A stretch of DNA of 20,000 bases from Chiloscyllium plagiosum. Lineage: Eukaryota. Under the pieces are notes generated by a model. The model was not told the origin of the DNA. It did not search any database and was given only the letters and a program-made list of their open reading frames with translations. Location: the NCBI RefSeq assembly GCF_004010195.1, contig NC_057711.1:69752238-69772237 (forward strand), read 5' to 3'. Each line of letters opens with the position of its first letter. Positions within the stretch are counted from its first letter, which is position 1. Of the stretch, positions 10,700 to 19,761 are shown piece by piece. Both the position numbers and the translations under genes were made by a program.

Positions 10700-12675
10700 T
10701 CATGATCTTCCTGATTTTCTAAACGTTTAAGATCACCCCTCAGCTTCTGATACTTAAGGAGAAAATAGCCGCAGACTGTTCGGCCTCCCCCTATAGCTCA
10801 AACCATCCAACCCTGGCAACATCCTTATAAATTTTTTCTGAACCCTTTCAAGTTTCACAACGTCCTTCCTATAGCAGGGCAACCGGAATTGCATGCAGAA
10901 TTCCAAAAGTGGCCTAGCCAATGTCCTGTCCAGCTGCAACATGACCTCCCACCTCCCACTGACTAATAAAGGAAAGTATGTCAAACCCCACCTTCACAAG
11001 ATGTCTACCTGCAACTTCACTTTCAAGGAGCTATGAACCTGCATGCCAAGGTTTTTGTTCAGTGACATTCCCCAGGATCTTACCATTAAGTATATAAGTC
11101 TTGCCCTGATTTTCCTATCCAAAATACAGCACCTCACATTTATCTAAATTATTCTCCATCTGCCACTCCTCAGCCCATCTGATCACAATCCAGTTGTACT
11201 CTGAGGTAGCCTTCTTTACTGTCCACTACACCACCTATTCTAGTGTCATCTGCAAACTTACTAACCATACCTCCATGTTCACATCCAAATCATGTATATA
11301 AATAATGAAAAGCAGTGGATCCTTGTGGCACACCACTAGTCACAGGCCTCTAGTCTGAAAAGCAACCATCCACCATCATCCTCTGTCTTCTGCCTTTGAA
11401 CCAGTTCTGGATGCAAATGGCTTATTATCCCTGTATTCCATGCGATCTAACTTTGCTAACCAGCCTCCCATGAGGAACCTTGTTGAATGCCTTACTGAAG
11501 TCCTGTTTGTTGACTACCCCCAATCAGTCCTTGTGTTTCTAAATACATGTAATTTCTGTCCTTCAGGATTCCCTCCAACACCTTGCCCACCACCAATGTC
11601 AAGCTCACTGGTCTATAGTTCCCTGACTTTTCCTTATCATCCTTTTTAAATAGTGGCACCACGATGCAAATATCTTGGCAAGAGCCCTTCTATGGTACAC
11701 CTGATCAGGTCTTCACCATCCAGCACCACCATTTCTGTAATATGGACATGTTTCATGATATTACTATTTATTTTCCGACATTCTATATCTTCCATGTCCT
11801 TCTCCATAGTAAACACTGATACAAAATACTTATTTATATCTCTCCCATTTCCTGCAGTTCCACACATCGGTGGCCTTGCTGATCTTTAAGGAGACCTATC
11901 CTCTCCCTAGTTATCTTTTTGTCCTTAATGTATTTGTAGAATCCCGTTGGATTCTCCTTAACCCTATTTCCAAAGTTATCTCATGTCCTGTTTTTGCCCT
12001 CCTGATTTCCCTCTTAAGTATACTCCTACTGTCTTTATACTCTTCTAAGGATTCACTCAATCTCTGCTGTCTATACCTGACATATGCTCCGTTCTCCAGT
12101 CATCCAGCATTCTCTACAACTATCAGACGTGCCTTTCACCCTAACAGGTACATACTGTCTCTGGATTCTCGTTATCTCATTTCTGAAGGCTTCCCATTTT
12201 CCAGCCGTCCCTTTACCTGCGAACATCTGGCCCCAATCAGCTTTTGAAAGTTTTTGCCTAATTCTGTCAAAATTGGCCTTCTTCCAATTTAGAACTTTAA
12301 CCTTTAGATCCAAGTCTATTTTTGTCCATCACTATTTTAAAACTAATAGAATTATGATCACTGACCCAAGTGACACCTTAGTCACCTGCCCTGCCTTATT
12401 TCCCAAGAGCAGGTCAAGCTTTGCACCTTCTCCAGTAGGTACATCCACATACTGAATCAGAAAGTTTTCTTGTAAACACTTAACAAATTCCTCTCCATCT
12501 AACCCCTTAACACTATGGCAGTCCCAGTCTATGTTTGGACAGTTAAAATCCCCTACCATAACCACCCTATTATTCTTGCAGATAACTGAGATCTCCTTAC
12601 AAATTAGTTTCTCAATTTCGCACTGACTCTTGGGTGGGTGGGTGGGGGGGTTGGGGGCGGGACGGGTCTATAGTG
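10700..12675 (-). mobile_element. Older CR1 LINE ORF2 (endonuclease and RT) with frameshifts and internal deletions
   Basis: VMVGDFNCPNIDW, FLIQYVDVPT..AKLDLLLGN, LNWKKANFD, NKYFVSVFT, KFADDT (~11258-11241), RPLLEFCMQF..P.YRKDVVKLERVQKKFIRMLPGL. Confidence 0.92.
12632..12666 (+). repeat. G-rich low-complexity tract with G-quadruplex-type pattern
   Basis: GGGTGGGTGGGTGGGGGGGTTGGGGGCGGGACGGG: seven runs of at least 3 G with 1-2 nt loops. Confidence 0.85.
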
Positions 12676-12795
12676 GAGGCAGCTAGCTAAAATTCTTTGC
12701 TCAAGCAGTTTGGAATTTTGTCTGAAGCAGCGCTCTGACTCAGGAAAGCAATAATAAATGATAAAATGATGGACCTCTAACACACTCTAACACGT

Positions 12796-12975
12796 GGGCG
12801 GCACGGTGGCCCAGTGGTTAGCACTGCTGCCTCACAGCGCCTGTAGACCCGGGTTCAATTCCCGACTCAGGCGACTGACTGTGTGGAGTTTGCACATTCT
12901 CCCCGTGTCTGCATGGGTTTCCTCCGGGTGCTCCGGTTTCCTCCCACAGTCCAAAGATGTGCGGGTCAGGTGAAT
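12796..12975 (+). mobile_element. Young HE1-type V-SINE, cut by the assembly gap
   Basis: A box TGGCCCAGTGG (12807-12817), B box GGTTCAATTCC (12852-12862), V-domain TGTGTGGAGTTTGCACATTCTCCCCGTGTCTGC.TGGGTTTCCTCCGGGTGCTCCGGTTTCCTCCCACAGTCCAAAGA. Confidence 0.93.
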
Positions 12976-13208
12976 NNNNNNNNNNNNNNNNNNNNNNNNN
13001 NNNNNNNNNNNNNNNNNNNNNNNNNNNNNNNNNNNNNNNNNNNNNNNNNNNNNNNNNNNNNNNNNNNNNNNNNNNNNNNNNNNNNNNNNNNNNNNNNNNN
13101 NNNNNNNNNNNNNNNNNNNNNNNNNNNNNNNNNNNNNNNNNNNNNNNNNNNNNNNNNNNNNNNNNNNNNNNNNNNNNNNNNNNNNNNNNNNNNNNNNNNN
13201 NNNNNNNN
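12976..13208. other. Assembly gap (233 N)
   Basis: Run of N bases. Confidence 1.
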
Positions 13209-13636
13209 CTACATCATAATTATTCACTATTATCTGTGCCATTAGTTCATCGGCTTTGTTATGTATGCTACGAGCATTCAGGTAAAGTGCCTTAATGCTA
13301 ACTTCCTTATCATTAGAGATGTTGGAAGTCATATGTCCTAAGTTATCCTTGCTTTTTACTGCATACTCAGTCTGCCTCAATTTTAAATCCGCCTGGAAAC
13401 ATTCTATCCTGCTGCTTATCTTGCCATTTACCTCCATACTCCCTGTTGCTTTCACTTTCCCTTCCCCCCAACTCAGAAGTTTAAAGTCCTACTGACCACC
13501 CTATTTATCCTCTTCGCTAGAACATTGGTACCTGATCGGTTCAGGTGGAGACTGTCCCAACGGTATAGATCCCCCCTGTTCCAAAACTGATGCCAATGCC
13601 CCATGAAGTGGAATCCCTCTTTCCCACACCAATCCA
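13209..13636 (-). mobile_element. Well-preserved CR1 ORF1/ORF2 junction fragment
   Basis: 13634-13473 reads DWCGKEGFHFMGHWHQFWNRGDLYRWDSLHLNRSGTNVLAKRINRVVSRTLNF* (esterase DxxH region). ORF2 frame reads SIKALYLNARSIHNKADELMAQIIVNNYDV into the gap. Confidence 0.9.
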
Positions 13637-13714
13637 GGTGATATAATATTTATGCATGAGTTCCTTTAGAGCAGTGCATTATATGGACACAGAGCATGAC
13701 TAATATGTTACTGA

Positions 13715-14230
13715 ACCCCATTTTTCTGCCTTTTCCAATTTTTAAATCTTTCAATCCCTTTTACTAATCAAGAATTTATCAATCTTAAATTCACTCAGTG
13801 GCTTAACTTCTACAACCTTCAGTGAAGAAGTCCACAGATCAGCATCCCAGCTGAAGATATTCCTCATCTATGTTCTAAAGGGTCATCCCTTCACTTTGAG
13901 CTTGCACCGTTGGGTCCTAGTGTCTCCTATGAGTGAGCTATGTGGCCCATAGAAAATAGGAGTAGGCTGCTTGGTGCGTCAAGCCCCCTCTGCTGTTCAA
14001 TAGGATTGTGGCTGATCCAACATTCCTCAACCCACTTTCCTGCCATTTGTCTAAATCTTTATTCCCTTACTGATCAAGAATCTATCTCTGCCTTGACTAT
14101 ACACGAGGATTCTGCCCCAAGTGTTCTGGTAAGGAGTTCTAAAGAATGTTAATCCTCAGATGAAATTGCTCACTTCAGCGTAAGGGAGTGTCAGTTAAGA
14201 CTGAGACTATGCCCTATGATCTTAGACTCT
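13715..14230 (-). mobile_element. Two tandem degenerate CR1 3' end fragments (~13715-13935 and ~13947-14230)
   Basis: Both carry the TCAAGAAT.TATC motif and are colinear with 10190-10495 (e.g. GGGTCCTAGT.TCTCC; CATAG...TAGGAGT; TGGCTGAT). Confidence 0.7.
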
Positions 14231-14997
14231 GACATGACTCACCCCACTAATACTACAATTCTATTTAAGGGAGGCAGAAAATAGTGAAACTATAGGCTGG
14301 CTAGCCTGACCTTAGTCACTGGCAAGATTTTGCACCTGTTATCATAGACCAGGTTGTGCAGTACCTAATATAGAATAGGGTGGAGTCAGCCCTATTTCAT
14401 CAAGGGCAGGTCATGCTGCCAAATCTGTTGGAATTCTTTTGAGTAATGAGCAAGTTAGAAAAAGGCAAGCCAGTGGATGTAATCTGTTCAGGTGCTGTAC
14501 AGGATGCTGCTGAATAAGATGAGGCCATGGTATTAGGGGCCCAATACTGGAATGAATGGAGGATTGGATGACTCTAAGCAGAGAGTAGGGATAAAGGGGT
14601 CTTTTTCCAGGATGGTAGTGAGTGACTAGTGGAGTTCAGTTTTGGGACCATAACTCTTTAACAGCATACATTTGCGATCTGGACAAAGGAGCTCCACATT
14701 GTTGGTAAGTTTGTAGATGGCAAAAAGAGGCACTAGTGTTGAGGGAATGGGGAGGTTGCAGAAGGATTTGAACATGTTAGGCAAGTGGGCAAATAAATTG
14801 TATTCTATTTACCATGTGGAAAAGTGAATTTTAGGAAGAATAGAGAGTTTCTAAAGAAGGAAAGCATTTGTAAATCTAAGGTGCAAAGAGACATGAGTCC
14901 TAGTTTAGGATTCTCTGAACATTTAACATGCTGTATTTGCCTTCATAACTAGCAAATGAACCAATGTTGGTATTCATTTTGAGGTGGCTAGAAAGCA

Positions 14998-15024
14998 TGT
15001 GTGTGTGTGTGTGTTTGTGTGTGT
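14998..15024 (+). repeat. (TG)n microsatellite with one interruption
   Basis: TGTGTGTGTGTGTGTGTTTGTGTGTGT. Confidence 0.95.
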
Positions 15025-15174
15025 CCCAGAGGGAATGGTGGAGGCTGGTACATAGCCAATATCCCTCTAAACCCCTCCTAAGTGCTGCAAGTTGGACTAG
15101 ATCCGTTTGGGATGTCTGATTGGTGTGGATGAGTTGGACCAAAGGGTCTGTTTCTGTGCAGTACATCTGACTCT
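15025..15174 (+). mobile_element. Short CR1 3' tail of another subfamily nested in the 14250-15698 CR1
   Basis: CCAGAGG..ATGGTGGAGGCTGGTACA...GAGTTGGACCAAAGGGTCTGTTTCTGTGCAGTACATCTGACTCTA; same tail type as 2663-2835. Confidence 0.7.
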
Positions 15175-15699
15175 ATACTAAAGTTGTACAAAGCATCCGA
15201 AATACTGTAAGCAGTTTTCACCTCCATCTCAAAGGAAAGATGTGCTTTCATTGGAGGGAGTCCAGAAGAAGTTGACAAGAATGATCCTGGGGATGAAGGT
15301 CATTTTTTGGATGGTCATTGAGCACAGACCAGGAATAATGTGTGATCTGATTGATGCTTACAGGATACTGACAGACCTGGATAGAGTGGACATGGAGAAG
15401 ACACTTCCATTAGGAGAGAACAGGACCTGGTGGTACAGCCTCCTAGTGAAGGGATGACTTTAGAACTCAGATGAGGAATTTCTACTGCCAGAGAATGATG
15501 TATCTGTAGAACTCATTGCCACAGAGGGCTATGGAGGCCAAGTCTTTAAGTGTATTTAAAACTGGATCAAATAAGGGGATCAAAGGTTGAGAGAAACCAG
15601 GACAACTGGGTCGTGAAAGGTATCAGTCGCCGTCAAATGGCAGAGCAGCCTTTATGGTCTGAATTCTGCAGCTTTCAGCCCAATGTCTTAAGGTCTAAA

Positions 15700-16890
15700 T
15701 CTTACTCTGTCAAGCCCCTTATTCATTCATTCTAATCGCCTCGTTCTTTTAATCACTAGTGAGTAGAGCCTTAGCTAGTTTAATATCTTCTGATAAGATA
15801 ATCTTGATAGACTAGGGATCATTTTTGTGAACCTTTTGAATTGTCTCCGATTAAATGATACATCCCACTTAAAGGGACCAAGCTGCTCGATGCTCCAGAT
15901 GTGGTCACATTAGCATTGTCTAGTTGTGTGAGACTTCCCCCAACCTTATATGTCAACCCCCTTGAAGTAAAGGCCAGAATTATATTAGCCTTTCTGATTA
16001 CCTGGTACATCATGATTTTGCTTTCTGTTTCACACACAAATACTCCCAAGTCCCTTTGTATTACAGATTTCAGTCTCTCTGTGCAACAAATAGTCTGTTC
16101 TTTTGTTCACCCTTCCAAAATGAACACAATTCACATTTGCCAACTTTTGTCCACCTACTTAACCTATCAATATCTCTAAACTGTATCATTGCAACCTGCC
16201 ATTTCACACATTTTAGTATCATCTGTAAATTTAATTACATTCCGTTTCTATCTCAAAGTCATTATTTATTGTAAACAGTTGTGGTCTCAGCACTGATCCC
16301 TGTGGAACCCCACTAGTCATGGGTTACCAACCTGAAAGAAAACTCTTCACACCCCAATTGTTTCCTGCCCATGTGCCAATTCCCTTTCCATTCTAATATG
16401 CCATCACCATGAACTCTTAGACTTAAACTTTTGTGAGATACCTTGTTGAATGTCTTCTAGAAGTGTGTCCAGGGCTATGCAGGCTAGGTGGTTTAGCCAT
16501 GGGAAATGCAGAGTTCCTGAGATGGTATGCTCTTTGGAGAGTCTGTGTGGAATCAATAGGCCAAATGGCCTGCTTCCACACTAGCGATTGTAAGTCCTAC
16601 TTCCCCTCTTAGTCTGAGATTACTTTGAAAAACTTTAGTTAAACACCATTTCCCTTTCATGAAGCCATGCTGACCCTGATTGGATTGTGATATTCCAAAT
16701 GATTTGCTGTTCCTTAATAATTGATTACAATTCTTTTCTAACAATAGACATTAGGCTAATTGGCTTATAATTACCTGTTTTTTGCTTCCGTTCCTCTTTG
16801 AATACAGGTGTCACTTAGAAGTTTTTGAATCATGTCCAGAATCCAACCATGTTTGGAAAATTACAACCAATGTATCCGCTATCACTTTTA
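15700..16890 (-). mobile_element. Degenerate CR1 LINE RT fragment, interrupted at 16465-16591
   Basis: Minus strand GNYKPISLMSIVRK, QHGFMKGKWCLT, SGVPQGSVL (~16315-16288), KFTDDT, QVIRKANIILAF. Confidence 0.8.
16465..16591 (+). mobile_element. 5'-truncated HE1-type SINE 3' fragment inside a CR1
   Basis: Similar to 7215-7350 (TGCAGGCTA.GTGG.TTAGCC.TGG.AAATGC...AATGGCCTGCTTC). AAGT is present on both sides (16461-16464, 16592-16595). Confidence 0.75.
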
Positions 16891-16899
16891 GGATCTGAG

Positions 16900-17338
16900 C
16901 ATGCAAGTCTCTTTTGTGAGGCACACAGCCTGAGGTATTCTAGTGTTCCCAGTTACTCAGCGTATTGTGGCTGAAAGGTCCTGGGCAGTAACCATTCCCC
17001 CTTGTGGCTGCAGTGCTTCCCCAAGTTTTAGTGTGTCCTTCAGCACGAAGTCCTGATCCTTGGAATGTGCCAGCCTGCAAAATGTGGTCAAGGATAACTC
17101 CAAGCATTTGGGCAGACTAATGAGGGTCTTTCATCAGGTTGGTGGTCCTCTATGCGGAGTTGGTTTGTCATTTTGTGTATCTCTGAGAACAGCCTTTAAA
17201 ACAGAGTTCTGTCTCTTGGAGCTGCTATAGATAAGTCACAGTGAAATCTCAAAAAACTGTACAAACCTTCTTCGCAGAGGTATATTTCATAAGGATGTGG
17301 ACAACACTCTTTCTCACCACAACAGCCTTCAGAGCAAC
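16900..17338 (-). mobile_element. Tx1-type (L1 clade) LINE, ORF2 C-terminal part, degenerate
   Basis: Minus strand CSEGCCGE..VVHILMKYTSAKKV (decayed CCHC knuckle, cf. GCGGEETVxHLLxECxFAKKVW) and CRLAHSKDQDFVLKDTLKLGEA. Confidence 0.75.
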
Positions 17339-18348
17339 TGTTGCGGGGAAATGTCAAAGAGAAGCCTCGAGTTTTGTGTTCAGCAGTACAAGCGATCTTC
17401 ATTCAGAGCTCTTTGGCCACACTCATGGGAGAGGCCAGAGACCTCACGTAGGGCCCAGTTGCCCTTTTTAATTACAGCTCAGATTAGAGGTCAGTAACAC
17501 TCTACTTTTCTCAATAATGTGAAGGGCATTTATACATAGTGTTACAATGGTTACATGCAATGTTGACATGTTTGCCACATCCTACCTGATCTACACATCC
17601 AGTCCTTCGAATCCAGGACCAATGACTGACAATTCATGATCAACTTCAGGTTCTGTGATCTAATCATGTTTACCAGACATTGTTGTCATCAACATACAAC
17701 ATACCCTATTAATTTACATTCTGACATCGATTGTTATGTCCCTTCCAAGACATTTGCCAGCTGAATTGTATACTACTTACTAATGGGTTTTCAAATTCGG
17801 TCATACAATTCATCTTGCTTGCTGACTTTCGTACAGAAGATTAAAAAGGTTGCTAATTTCTACCAATTGTTATAACATTTGTAATATCAGCTCTAATATA
17901 AAGTTACTTAAGGTTATACATAGTTAGACCTAATATTACGATTCTGTAACAAAACTAAAAGGTTCGGGAGCAGCTTCCCTCCTAGTCTACTTGGAAGAGG
18001 TCAAACAAACCCAGTCTCTGTCTAATAGCTGTCTTTTACAAATTCTTCTATTTTGCATCCTGTAAGGGTTTAAAAAAGAAATTTGATAGCAGGATGGACT
18101 TTATTGTCATTACATTAAACACTTTTCATTTAGCACCTATTTAAATCTCATTGAGAACAAAATTCAAGCACATTTATAGCTCCTTAAGTCATTTTAAAAA
18201 AAAAGCTTATTTGGATTCTTTAAGCTATTTGTCAGATTCAAAGCAGTGATGGTTTATTCTCTCGAGGTCTCGTGACTCTGTTTCAAAATTGTTTCTGCCT
18301 CTCTTGCTACCTTATTTGTCTCTTGGTACACTTATGAGATTATCTTGT

Positions 18349-19049
18349 TCAGGTTGTGAGTTTGCTTACTGAGCTAGCATGTTTGTTTTCAGACGTTTCA
18401 TCACCATGGAAGGTAATATCAATCAGTGAGCCTCCAGTGAAGCGCTGGTGTTCTGTCCAGCTTTCTATCTATGTGTCTTGGTCTTTGAAGGTGGGTGATA
18501 TCATTTCTGGTTCTTTTTCTCACAGGTTGATAAATGGGGTTCAAATCGATGTGTTTACTGACAGAGTTCTGGCTTGAATGCCAGTCCTCTAGGAATTCCT
18601 GTGCATGTCTCTGTTTAGTCTGTCCTAGGATGGATGTGTTGTCCCAGTCAAAGCGGTGTCCTCCTTCATGTGTGTGTAAGGATACTAGCAATAGTGGGTC
18701 ATGTCTTTTGGTGGCTAGTTGCTGTTCGTGTATTCTGGTGGCTAGTTTTCTGCCTATCTGTCCAATGTAGTGTTTGTTGCAGTCATTGCAGAGTATTTTG
18801 TAAATTACATTTGTTTTCCTGGTTGTTGGTACAGAGTTCTTTAGGTTTATCAGTAGCTGTTTCAGTGCGTTGGTAGGTTTGTGAGCTACCATGATGCTAA
18901 GGAGTCTGAGTAGTCTGGTAGTCATCTACGAGATGCCTTTAATGTATGGTAGTGTGGCTAGAGTTTCTGGGCATGTTGTGTCTACTTTTTTGGGTTTGTT
19001 GTTTAAGAATTAGCGAACTGTGTTTATCGTGTACCCGTTCTTCTTGAAT
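18349..19049 (-). mobile_element. Penelope-like element 3' fragment with GIY-YIG endonuclease pseudo-ORF
   Basis: FKKNGYTINTVR*...LPYIKGIS*MTTRLL...NVIYKILCNDCNKHYIGQIGRKLATRIHEQ...HRFDWDNTSIL...FLEDW; two in-frame stops upstream of ORF 18419-18925; hammerhead-like motif at the 3' end. Confidence 0.92.
18388..18430 (-). ncRNA. Degenerate minimal hammerhead ribozyme motif (Penelope-associated)
   Basis: Minus strand CUGAUUGA U AUUACC UUCCAU GGUGAU GAAA CGUC: 6-bp helix II and GAAA-CGUC present; one extra U in the CUGANGA box. Confidence 0.6.
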
Positions 19050-19260
19050 TTGTCAGGTTCTTTATTCTATCCGTTCCCTTGGGTTTATCTTCTTCTCAAA
19101 GCTACCATTGTCCTAATGTATGATCTCACTTCAATTCTGAACCCAGCAAGCTAATTCAGTTACTGCATCTGAAAATATTTTCCACCCCATTTTATATCAA
19201 CTAAAAAAATCCCTGGGCAGCCATCTTGTACCACCTCTGGCCATGGGGGCTGCCCCAACA

Positions 19261-19600
19261 GCAACACGCAGAGGAAGCAAGAGTCTGGACATGGGGCAAG
19301 GGGCTTTCTTGCCTTCAGCCTAGCTTCATCTTGGTGTTTGTATGTTCTAGCAATGAGACATTCTGCCAACTTTAACGGTCTCCTTAAGGAACCATTTGAC
19401 AGGATCTATCATCTTCTTAAAGTCATTACATGCTAACCATTGCCTGACGTACTTCTGGTCTAGGGTGTTTTTCTGCATAAACGTTTGCACAAGGACAGGT
19501 GCTATGAACTGCTCCAACAATTTGGAGTGTTCTGCGGGCAATGTAGCTGGTCCCATCCTTTGCAACATTGGGGATGGGAAAGAGCTCAGCAAGCAGTGAC
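19261..19600 (-). mobile_element. Tx1-type LINE, upstream part of the copy continued at 17338
   Basis: Minus strand SPMLQRMGPATLP, FMQKNTLDQKYVRQW, DPVKWFLKETVKV, WQNVS, KHQDEARL; in Tx1 ORF2 these blocks precede the CCHC knuckle. Confidence 0.75.
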
Positions 19601-19604
19601 CACA

Positions 19605-19758
19605 GGGCCAGACAGAAAAAGAAAAGCAGGTGAGGTAGCATTGCTGGTTAGAGACAAAATTAATGCAATTCTGTCAAAGCTGTGGTGGAGTGGAATCTGT
19701 AGGGGTAGAGCTTTGAAATGACAAAGGGCAGAACATATTAGTGGGGGGTTGTATATAC
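19605..19758 (+). mobile_element. Degenerate CR1 endonuclease fragment
   Basis: DRKRKAGEVALLVRDKINAI...VESVGVEL*NDKGQNILVG.VY (cf. GGGVALLV...ESVWVELRN..G...GVVYRPP). Confidence 0.7.
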
Positions 19759-19761
19759 TTC

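Larger units (their letters stand above)
14250..15698 (+). mobile_element. Degenerate CR1 LINE, RT region to 3' end, interrupted at ~14998-15174
   Basis: NYRLASLT, FIKGRSC..NLLEFF, KGKPVDVI, KFVDG, LSLEGVQKKLTRMILG, DLIDAYRIL; tail CCAATGTCTTAAGGTCT. Confidence 0.8.
17339..19260 (-). mobile_element. Integrase-type insertion with TGTTG...CAACA termini and 5-bp TSD; probable long solo LTR (~1.2 kb without the nested Penelope)
   Basis: GCAAC at 17334-17338 and 19261-19265; TGTTG at 17339, CAACA ending at 19260; Tx1 sequence rejoins across it. Minus orientation is inferred from TATAAA (17534-17529) and AATGAA (17403-17398) near the low-coordinate end. Confidence 0.75.

Noticed and set aside
12796..12870. 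tRNA gene (also 10631-10697 and 4738-4805)
   Set aside because: The A and B boxes belong to SINE heads; no convincing cloverleaf, and SINE or LINE body follows.
12832..13455. 207-aa ORF, and ORFs 12883-13245 and 12957-13295
   Set aside because: They read through the N gap and join CR1 sequence to SINE sequence; artefacts.
18419..18925. 168-aa GIY-YIG ORF as a functional or domesticated nuclease
   Set aside because: It is a 5'-truncated Penelope fragment with two in-frame stops just upstream and apparent substitutions at usually conserved positions (GQI for GQT, EQ for EH).
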